NCBI GenBank assembly: GCA_003518055.1 | Contig: DOZJ01000005.1 | Coordinates: forward strand, 1,319-65,318 | Length of the DNA stretch: 64,000 nucleotides | Source of the DNA: Candidatus Falkowbacteria bacterium | Lineage (GTDB): Bacteria > Patescibacteriota > Patescibacteriia > UBA11705 | Direction of reading: 5' to 3' | Shown here: positions 7,837 to 16,400 of the stretch, one piece after another | How positions within the stretch are numbered: the stretch's first letter is position 1 | Layout: each line of letters starts with the position of its first letter | Notes under the pieces: generated by a model | Told to the model about the DNA's origin: nothing | Database searches by the model: none | What the model saw: the letters and a program-made list of their open reading frames with translations, nothing else | Position numbers and translations under genes: made by a program

Positions 7837-8934
7837 ATGAATATTGTAACCACCTTGCCGATCACACCGAGACGCGACCCTCCACTTGGGTTATTCCTCC
7901 AGCCTTTTATTTGCGACCTGATCAGTCATTCAAATTTATCATTACAATATATTCAAAGCTTCAATCTAATGGGACGAAAAACCAACATGGATACTGAAAC
8001 CTTTCTGGCAAAAATGAAATATATGGGGATTATCCCGCCTCAAATTTGGTTTGACACCGCTTCAGACAATATTGAAATACTATCAGCCTTGATCAACCAT
8101 TTTATTGCCGAAGATAAAATTATCATAGAAAAAACAGCTGTGGTGAGCTGTTCGTGTGGCCGGGTGGAAACACTGGCTACACCAGACAACATTAAAGCGA
8201 TCAAACAATCAAAATCAAAAGGAAAATTAATTTTTGAACAACACAATGAATTATATTGCAAAATTTGCTGCTCATTGCTTAAAATCAGACTGGATTATGT
8301 CCTGCTGTTTCACACCGGTTTTTATAAACCCGATTATGAAATTAAAATTTCTCCCTCAAATTTTAAAGCCGAATTTAATCAGTTATGGTGCTACTTCAAT
8401 AATAAAAAAATTCTTATTTCACGATCATCGCTGCCGCACCCTTTAATCCCGACCATTGCCGGAGAATTTCGAATCGACGTTGACTTCCTCTGGCAAAATA
8501 TTATTAATATTTTTCATCTCCAGCACAATACCGTAAACATTATTGTCACCAGCCACAAATTAATGCAAAAAATGGTTTTTGCTTTAATTTTCGCCAGAGA
8601 ATTTGGCACGCCGCCGCCTTCAAATGTTATTCTGCTTCCGTATATTCATTTAACCGAGCACCACTCGGAAGTCTATGACTACATGAAACTCGCCCCCTGT
8701 CTTTTACGCGCCTTTCTTCTGTTGGGCTGGAGTCGACAGAAAAAAATATCACTTGAATTCAAACAGCTGAGCCGGTTGAAAATTCCCGACCCGGAATCAC
8801 CGACCAGGAGAAATTCTTCTCTCGGCAACATACCCCGAAATTTCAATCCGTCAGCGCTTTTCAAGCTTTGCGCCAAACACTCAGATAAATACTCCGATGA
8901 AGAATTGCAGATATTATCGCTCCTAAAACCTTAG
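7837..8934 (+). CDS. Hypothetical protein (about 365 aa)
   Basis: The ORF-track ORF 7813..8934 starts at TTG; the ATG at 7837 has an AAGGA RBS. Stem-loop terminator overlaps the stop. Confidence 0.55.
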   Translation: MNIVTTLPITPRRDPPLGLFLQPFICDLISHSNLSLQYIQSFNLMGRKTNMDTETFLAKMKYMGIIPPQIWFDTASDNIEILSALINHFIAEDKIIIEKTAVVSCSCGRVETLATPDNIKAIKQSKSKGKLIFEQHNELYCKICCSLLKIRLDYVLLFHTGFYKPDYEIKISPSNFKAEFNQLWCYFNNKKILISRSSLPHPLIPTIAGEFRIDVDFLWQNIINIFHLQHNTVNIIVTSHKLMQKMVFALIFAREFGTPPPSNVILLPYIHLTEHHSEVYDYMKLAPCLLRAFLLLGWSRQKKISLEFKQLSRLKIPDPESPTRRNSSLGNIPRNFNPSALFKLCAKHSDKYSDEELQILSLLKP

Positions 8935-8940
8935 GAGTTT
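8911..8940 (+). terminator. Rho-independent terminator (CTCCTAA-aacc-TTAGGAG plus TTTTTT)
   Basis: Read directly; overlaps the stop of the 7837..8934 gene. Confidence 0.55.
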
Positions 8941-8988
8941 TTTAATTGACAAATATACCAATTATTCATATTATAAAATCAAACGACA

Positions 8989-10773
8989 TTGATTATGACA
9001 ACCAATCATTCAACAATTTTCAAGCGCATTGGCTCCCAAACACAAAACAAAAACATTCTGCTTTATTGTCCCGGCCTGCCTGAATCAAAAAAAGTTTTAA
9101 ACAAATTAAGGATATTTTGTTCAGAGGCTGATTTGGAGCTGCAGATTATGTGCTACCCCGGAACACCCGGAAACAAAGGTCAATTTTTGCAATTCAATCC
9201 GGCCAAAACAATAGATAATTATATTTGCCAAATAAAACACAAAAAAAATCGCGCTGTTTTTGTCCTTGGCGACAGTTTTGGCGCCTCAGTTGCTCTCAAC
9301 ACATCATTGGCTGACAAAATCATCGCCATTTCTCCGGTTATAAACTGGAAATCTCTCTATCAAAAAAATTCCCCGGAAGAAAATTACGCCACTTTTCTCG
9401 CCTATTTAATCACTGTCGGCTACAATATAAATCACAAAAACTGGACAAAACTCAAATCCGACAATCTATTAAACAGCATAAATCAAACCACCCCGACGCT
9501 GATAATGGCCAGCAAAAACGACCCGACTGTGAAAATCGAGCCTCTGTTATCGCTCAAACAACAAAATCACGATACGCGTCTATGCGCTGAAAAGAAACAT
9601 CTATCATTCAGGACATTAAATCAAAAACAAATTATCGCATTAAAAAAATTTTTGTTAACTGATAAAATTCAAAAAAGGACATCTAAAAATAATAAAATTA
9701 TACATCAACTTATCGCCGGACACCACAAAGACTCCATCATTTCATTTGGGTCCCAAGCCGCCGACAACTCGGTGCCGGAATCAGACCTCGATTTATTGAT
9801 CATATCAGATAAACCCGTTATCCAAAATCAACAGAACAGAACAATAGAATTAAAATACTGTAACCAAGATATATTTAAAAAATATTCCCGAGAAACCCTT
9901 AGAGGGGCGGTTAAATTGATCACCTCAAATATTATCCGAAGTAATAACGAAGATACTGTATCAATTTCAAGTCTGAAATCCTACCTGCTAAAACGCCACA
10001 AACCAACCATTCTATTGGCTTTATTGCTGGAACAATATCGCTTCGGCCAAAAAAAATATCCTCAGGGCAGTCCGATTGAGGCCAAGTTCGCCCCGGGTGG
10101 ACGCAGACATCTGGGATTCATGACCGTCGCCAACAACATTATCAACAATCGACCATGTTCAAATTTCTGGGAATCGCTTCATGACCTGCTGACGAAAAAT
10201 ATTATCAACTATCAAGACATATCGAACATAAACATTTTTTTCTATTATCTGCAGACCGCGCCTCGAAGAAGAAACAAAATTATTATAAAAAAACACATAA
10301 CCGCGAACACAAAAATTGTGGCCAAATTTTTTCATAGTTATTTCGCGCCCCGAATAATGCAAGATTTTAGCATAAAAATCAAAATTACAGAAAAACGAAT
10401 ATCAGCGGATACTACACGTCATGAAATTAAAGATATGTTTGACGCCTTATTCACCAGATCAATCAAACACCAAGTAAATCTCTGGCGGCAATATCAAAAT
10501 AACACCAACCATCTCGTGAAGCATATTATTTTTTATTATCTGGCCTGCAATCAACATTTATCCCTGCCAATAGCAAAAAATATTATCAATCTATATATCG
10601 ACTCCCCAATTGATTCAAACATTATTCGTAATATTGTCCAAAACAGCAGCCTCAATTGCCAACCAGAAATAATTGCATCAATAAAACAATCACCTGACAT
10701 CAAGATCCAAAAATATCTTAGAGAATTTAAACGCAATCGTTATATTTTTTCACAAAAAATAATCAGAGGTTAA
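8989..10773 (+). CDS. Fusion protein: N-terminal alpha/beta-hydrolase (GDSFG nucleophile elbow), a minimal Pol-beta-type nucleotidyltransferase domain, and a helical C-terminal region
   Basis: VFVLGDSFGASVA (GxSxG) in the N-terminal domain. In the middle domain ISFGSQAADNSVPESDLDLLIISD matches hG[GS]-x10-DhDh. Very AT-rich, N/K/I-rich composition. Confidence 0.6.
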   Translation: MIMTTNHSTIFKRIGSQTQNKNILLYCPGLPESKKVLNKLRIFCSEADLELQIMCYPGTPGNKGQFLQFNPAKTIDNYICQIKHKKNRAVFVLGDSFGASVALNTSLADKIIAISPVINWKSLYQKNSPEENYATFLAYLITVGYNINHKNWTKLKSDNLLNSINQTTPTLIMASKNDPTVKIEPLLSLKQQNHDTRLCAEKKHLSFRTLNQKQIIALKKFLLTDKIQKRTSKNNKIIHQLIAGHHKDSIISFGSQAADNSVPESDLDLLIISDKPVIQNQQNRTIELKYCNQDIFKKYSRETLRGAVKLITSNIIRSNNEDTVSISSLKSYLLKRHKPTILLALLLEQYRFGQKKYPQGSPIEAKFAPGGRRHLGFMTVANNIINNRPCSNFWESLHDLLTKNIINYQDISNINIFFYYLQTAPRRRNKIIIKKHITANTKIVAKFFHSYFAPRIMQDFSIKIKITEKRISADTTRHEIKDMFDALFTRSIKHQVNLWRQYQNNTNHLVKHIIFYYLACNQHLSLPIAKNIINLYIDSPIDSNIIRNIVQNSSLNCQPEIIASIKQSPDIKIQKYLREFKRNRYIFSQKIIRG

Positions 10774-10900
10774 AGTGATCCGATCGTAATTTCAAATAAT
10801 ATTTTGATCTTGCCTTGTTGAACATGTGCTTCTCTCATACCCCACCCATTCCTTGTGAAATAATAATTCAATCTAATCATACCAAATAAAGTTCGTCAAT

Positions 10901-11482
10901 ATGTCAAAAATAAATTTCTACTACAATCGCGCTGATGATGTTAAAAATTGGACACGACACCACGAACAACACATCCCGACCTTGTCAAAAAGTCTCCAAT
11001 TCCTGCTAGAACAAAATATAGTGACGTTACAAAAAACCTGGAATTTTTTGGGAAGTAACATAATCCAAGCCCTTGAAAAAACTCTTGAAAAGCCCAACAC
11101 CACCACAAAATATACGTCCGCGCTCACAACCTACCACTCATGCCCCTACGACCCTGCCCACAACTGGTTCATGGTTTCTATCAAGGCCAGCCTGCCATCC
11201 CAAATCACCAATATCGCGCACGAATTACTGCATCTCCAATTTATCCATCACTACGGAGATTATTGCCACAAAATGAAAATAAATGAAAAACAATTTCATA
11301 TATTAAAGGAATCGCTCACCGTAATATTAAACACCTCTCGCTTTCAAAAAATTATCCCCGCGCTTGACAAAGGTTATTCGGAACATCAAAAAATAAGACA
11401 AAAAGTTTTTGGGGCATACAAACCAACAATGAAATTCCAAAAATTTCTCGATCATACAATCAAAATTATAAAAACCAATTAG
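10901..11482 (+). CDS. Hypothetical protein with an HExxH motif (IAHELLHLQFIHH); possible metal-dependent hydrolase
   Basis: Complete ORF; the HELLH motif was read directly. Terminator-like hairpin follows. Confidence 0.5.
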   Translation: MSKINFYYNRADDVKNWTRHHEQHIPTLSKSLQFLLEQNIVTLQKTWNFLGSNIIQALEKTLEKPNTTTKYTSALTTYHSCPYDPAHNWFMVSIKASLPSQITNIAHELLHLQFIHHYGDYCHKMKINEKQFHILKESLTVILNTSRFQKIIPALDKGYSEHQKIRQKVFGAYKPTMKFQKFLDHTIKIIKTN

Positions 11483-11487
11483 AATAA

Positions 11488-11516
11488 ACAAACAGGGACA
11501 ATCAGCCCCTGTTTTT
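11488..11516 (+). terminator. Stem-loop (ACAGGG...CCCTGT) plus T-run
   Basis: acagggacaatcagcccctgttttttatt read directly after the 10901..11482 stop. Confidence 0.5.
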
Positions 11517-11860
11517 TATTACCTCACTTAACATTTCAATTACACCGGCAAGATTGGCCATGACCTCTCTGTTGGTAAATCTGATGACCCGCAAGCCGAG
11601 ACTTTCCAAATAATTCGTCCATTCCTGATCGTAAAATATATTTTCCGGCAGAAAATGATGCCCGCCGTCGACTTCGATCACCAGCTTCGCGGCCGGGCAA
11701 TAGAAATCAACGATGTAACACCCAAAACCTTTTGTCGATAAAATTGCAACTTGTTGATTTGTTTTCTTCTAATTCTCAACCACAATTTTTTCTCCGGCAA
11801 AGTCATCCCTTTCTGAAGTTCACGCGCGAACGGTTTGAGTTTCTGATTATAATAATTCAT
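11502..11860 (-). pseudogene. DUF559 (Vsr-like endonuclease-domain) gene disrupted by a frameshift; paralog of 12948..13295
   Basis: The N-terminal 60 aa (MNYYNQKLKPFARELQKGMTLPEKKLWLRIRRKQINKLQFYRQKVLG) align to the intact paralog. The homologous C-terminus (YIVDFYCPAAKLVIEVDGGHHFLPEN...LGLRVIRFTNREV) continues in a different frame from about 11700 down to a TGA at 11502. Confidence 0.55.
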
Positions 11861-12210
11861 GATAGTTAATGTCTAATCCCCCTTGGGTTCCCCCTTGAAA
11901 CATCAAGGGGGATGTGTGCTTCATCGCAAAGCCAAAACAACCCCGCCGCGAAGCTACCAACCTTCCCCCTTAATTATTAAGGGGGACTGAGGGGGATTTC
12001 TTCTAGCCGCCAATCCCCATTTTCATCAAATTTTACCCTATTTTCCCCTTAATATTATACAAGATTGTTATCCACAGTCCCTCTTGCTTTCTTATATCCA
12101 CCGACTATTGCTTGACTTTTTTCCCTTTATATGATAAGCTGTAGGTGTAAAGGTAAGGCGTGAATCAGCACACACACACCCGCCAACGGCGGGAGAAACC
12201 GGAGGACCTC

Positions 12211-12852
12211 ATGACCACGCGCCACTCGTTCCTTTCCATTTTCGTTACTCTCGCTCTCCTGCTCTTCGCCTTCGGCTGTGAAGCCGGCGGCGGCGACACC
12301 AACCCGAACCCGGACATCCAGTCCGGCAGCGACACCGGCAATCCGCCGGACGACACCGGCTCTCCGCCCGACGACTCCGGCAACAAGCCCGACTCGCCGG
12401 ACCCGACCGACGTGCCGGATCCGCCGACCTGCGAGGGCGATCTCGTCGAGCTCGAACGCGATGGCGTGACCGAGTGCGTCTCGGCCGACTTCGCCGAGGC
12501 GGTCGAGGCTCTCGATGGTCTCGAGCTGACGCAGACTCAGCCGAACACCAACCCGGAAACCATCACGTTGGAATTCTATCATGTCACTGACTTTGACGAG
12601 GCTGTAATCCAGTGTGAGGGCTTTTCCCGATTCTTCATCCAGGGACTGGCTGGTGCAGTAGATGTGGCTTGTATAGACGAAAGCTTGGCATTGTCCATGT
12701 GTGAGGTGGACACTACCTTCTGTTTCGGCGGGACTCTCACCGGCCAAATCACCTACAGCAAGTCAGCCCAACCAGAAGTGGTGCTGCAAACCGACTTCTG
12801 TGGTGATCTCGGATGCGACAATTTCGTCTACGAATCTGATGTCAACGAGTAG
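12211..12852 (+). CDS. Lipoprotein with a low-complexity Pro/Asp/Gly linker and a Cys-rich C-terminal domain; its 5' half is about 65% GC
   Basis: GGAGG 5 nt upstream of the ATG at 12211. MTTRHSFLSIFVTLALLLFAFGC is a lipobox-type signal peptide. GC content far above neighbouring genes. The antisense ORFs 12127..12747 and 12165..12386 are artefacts of the GC-rich composition. Confidence 0.7.
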   Translation: MTTRHSFLSIFVTLALLLFAFGCEAGGGDTNPNPDIQSGSDTGNPPDDTGSPPDDSGNKPDSPDPTDVPDPPTCEGDLVELERDGVTECVSADFAEAVEALDGLELTQTQPNTNPETITLEFYHVTDFDEAVIQCEGFSRFFIQGLAGAVDVACIDESLALSMCEVDTTFCFGGTLTGQITYSKSAQPEVVLQTDFCGDLGCDNFVYESDVNE

Positions 12853-12862
12853 CGAACTTTTT

Positions 12863-12896
12863 CTTCTGCCGCGATCAAACCATCGCGGTTTTTTTG
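12863..12896 (+). terminator. Rho-independent terminator (CCGCGAT-caaacc-ATCGCGG plus TTTTTTT)
   Basis: Read directly after the lipoprotein stop. Confidence 0.65.
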
Positions 12897-12947
12897 TCGT
12901 GCGAATAATCTAAATATTCAAAAAAGCAGCATAGAGCCGCTTTTTTG

Positions 12948-13295
12948 TTATAAATATTTCATTATTTCCAATACAACCCCTTCGATATTAGTCAATACAT
13001 CACGATTGGTAAACCTTATTACCCGCAGCCCCAGTGTTTCCAAATAGGCTGTGCGCTCCTCGTCATAAAACTGATTCTCCGGTTCAAAGTGCTGGCTGCC
13101 GTCAACTTCGATTACTAAACTAGCCGCGGGACAATAAAAATCTACGATATAGTTACCTAAAATTTTTTGGCGATAAAAGTGGAAACCATTCAGCTGTTTG
13201 CGTCTAATTTTTGACCACAACAGTCTCTCGGTACCGGTCATTTCACGCCGCAGTTCCCGCGCGCGATATTTTAACTCTATATTATATTCTTTCAT
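12948..13295 (-). CDS. DUF559 endonuclease-domain protein (Vsr/very-short-patch-repair-like fold)
   Basis: 115-aa ORF with the typical DUF559 pattern (ARELRREMTGTERLLWSKIRRKQLNGFHFYRQKILGNYIVDFYCP...VIEVDGSQH). Confidence 0.75.
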   Translation of the reverse strand: MKEYNIELKYRARELRREMTGTERLLWSKIRRKQLNGFHFYRQKILGNYIVDFYCPAASLVIEVDGSQHFEPENQFYDEERTAYLETLGLRVIRFTNRDVLTNIEGVVLEIMKYL

Positions 13296-13420
13296 ATGCG
13301 CGGGGCAAATCCCCCTATATCCCCCTTTGAAAAAGGGGGAATGAACGAGGGATCACACCCAACGTCACTAAGTTCCCAATCTTCCCTCCTTAGAATAAGG
13401 AGGGACCGAGGGAGGATTTC

Positions 13421-16400
13421 TCACGGCTTCAACAATATCCTCCCATCAAAATATGTCCACGGATCAATGCCAGATACGCTATTTGTAGAACATGCATCAA
13501 AACCCCTTTCACCAACGTCATAACACCCCGCAAACCCATTTCCAAAACCTCGACAACCATCAACGGTCGATGACGGATCAGCATTACACCACCCCCAATT
13601 ATCTTTGACTTGGACGCGCGGGACAAACTGACAGGCCTGCTCGGCGGCGTTCCAGCAGTCGCTGTCGCGCTCACCGGCACAGAGATTGGCCGTCGCGTTG
13701 CCGCCGCCTTTCAAGTTCGGATCAGTCGGACCTTCACACGTCAACACAGTTTCATATTTGAAGAACTCCTGCTCAACGCAAGCGGTCGGGGAATCGCCAA
13801 ATCGCAGCTGAACCGAGTTTGGGTCGGGTATGGCGTTGCAGGTCAAATTGCCGTAGCAGTCATTGGCGCTCAAACAAGCATAGCCCTCAATTTTTTCACC
13901 CGCCAGCGTCTGACAGAGCCCCAACGCGATTGGCGACTCTTTCAATTGACACAGCGGCTTATGATTTTTGTAATGCCCCTCCGGAGCCGGCAGAGCCCCC
14001 TCGCCATCTCTCCAATCCACCGTCACTTTGCGAATCGGCATCTGATCATCATCAGCCCATGCGAAAAACTGCATCAAGGTTGTTGACTCGCCGCCAAAAA
14101 GCACGAGGTCATCAGACGCCCGGCCATTGATCGATACGGTCTTCGGTACAGCCAAATAAATCGGTTTGCCAGTCACCGGATCGCTTTCGATTTTTTCCGG
14201 CGCAGGCAGCACCACTCCGGCCACCACCGGCGGGAAACTCACCAAATCAGCTGATCTGTCGCGCTCATATCTGCTTTCTTTATCATAAATATAATTATCA
14301 TCCACCCGCCAGCCGGAGTAAACCGCCGCGAATATATCTTCCAGTTTGGAATAGGTTATGGGACTGGTTGCGCTTGTGGTTGAATACCCATAAAAACCAT
14401 CTTGAACATGCGAACACTGGCCATTCGGACAACCCCAAATCGTACCGCCATTTACTTCCCCGCCCATATCCGAGAACGGACTGCCTCCCTGACGATTGGA
14501 TTCACCCGCTGCCACTAAAATCGGCGCGTGTGATTCCACATCCTCCGCAGAGCCAAAAGCGCTTCCCATCGGAGAATTTACCGAGTTAAACACAATACTG
14601 AATGCCCCATGTGGAGCTGTAAGTAGATTTAATTTTTCTCCGGTCCAATCAGGGTTCAAAGAATAATGATACAACCGATTCGTCCTCGCTTTGTTATCCA
14701 AATTCCCGGCGACATTTTCAGCCACCGACACCACCTCGGCGCAATATTCGTTCAACAAGAAATGTACTCTTAATGTCTGATAACCATAATTAGAACTCTC
14801 ATCACAGAGCCCCACCCAAACCCCTTTGTAGATACCATTCTCATCGAACACCACTCTAATACCAAAATAATTGTCATCTGTCCCTTGGTTGCAATATCCA
14901 CCCAAAGTCCTGCCGACCGGAGCATTTCCGGCGCCGGAAACGCACCAGCCATTCAAATCCGCATCTTCACCATCAACCTGACAACCCCAACCGCTATTAA
15001 AGTTACACACTGTTTGTTCGTTGTCTTCTGTACAACTTCTATTTGAACAATAATATTTATTCCCAACCGGGACACAGACACCTCCACCCTGCCCCTGACA
15101 AACGTGGTCCCCGTCATCGGTTGTGACACATTCTTTTTCCGTAAACCCTCCCGGATTCAAATTTGCCGGAGCGACATAAAATCCATGTGTCGGATGATAT
15201 GACATACTTCCGGTTGTCTGCGAGGTGGTTAATTGAGTTCCTGTAAGAATATTATAAGTTCCTCCAGCATATGGGAAGTATCCCTTGCCGGCAAACATAT
15301 AATTTTTTTCACTCACGCCTTTTTCAACCTCAGTTCCCGGCCCCCAGTTAAAGCTGGTGCTCGGAGTCTGCTCCCAGACCGCTTGCCAATATGTCCATCC
15401 GCTGACGCCATAATCAGCATCGAGTGGCTGTCCGCTGGCCAAACATTTAGTTCCGTTGCAAGTGGCCAAACCTTGCCATTGTGACGACAGCTGCCTAGGA
15501 ATAATTAAAGATTCCGGAACAAAAGAACTGATCGTGTCATACAACGCTGGTGGAACAAACTTATTTTTATTTTCAAAACCATCACCGGGATCGCTCTCAC
15601 CATTCCAATCCGCTACCGACTCACACCAATCACCTGCCTGACCACCGGTACATTCAATCGCAATCCCCGCGACCTGACTCTCATGTATTACCGGGATATC
15701 AGCTGCCGGCTCTCTGAAGTACTCCATATACTCATCATACCCGGAATACCCGGTTGTAAAAGTCATCTCATCAGACGTCACCATGTATGTAACAGTATTA
15801 GCATCCGGCTCGGCCACGCCTAAATTTCCAAGACCGGCCGCATTTATGCAGTACAACCGCCCGACATCTTCGCCACCTTGAGTAAATAATTCATAGCCGG
15901 CATCTTTAAATTGATTATACATATCCTGCAGACCATTCATCGTATCGAGAGGATACCAAGTCAAACAGGCTTTTTCCGATTGCGAGCCGTTTATCGAGAC
16001 CGTATTATCGAATTCCATACAATATCCCTGCCAGCCTTTGTATTGCGTTTGGTCAACATCTTTTCTCATGCACATTCCCATATCCTGACTACCATCAACA
16101 ACACAATCCAGCGAGCTGCAAAAAGTCGCAGTTTTAATGTTAACGCCATCCGGCCCGGCCGCCGAACATTCACACTCCTTACTCTGATCATCCTGACAAA
16201 AACCATCCAGATAGCTTGACACGGAAATATCAAAATATTTTTCCACCGCCCGATTTCCATAGGTGACTTTTTTGTAATTACACGCACAGTCTTCGTCGTC
16301 ATTATAAAGAGTTTGTTTTACCCCGTTTTTATCATAATAGAAAGACGTACACGCCGTCGCGTTTTCAAACACTCCCTTAGCCGCATCAGCCGTTTTGGTT

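Noticed and set aside
12127-12747. Minus-strand 206-aa ORF and other antisense ORFs over the lipoprotein gene
   Set aside because: - They are artefacts of high GC content, where long open frames arise by chance.
- The sense-strand gene has an SD, a lipoprotein signal peptide and a terminator.
13610-14130. Plus-strand ORFs (13610..14086, 13819..14130 and many others up to 22363) overlapping the giant minus-strand gene
   Set aside because: - They are antisense reading frames inside a 9.3-kb continuous ORF that carries a clear signal peptide and consistent composition.
- They have no RBS or independent support, so they are treated as spurious.
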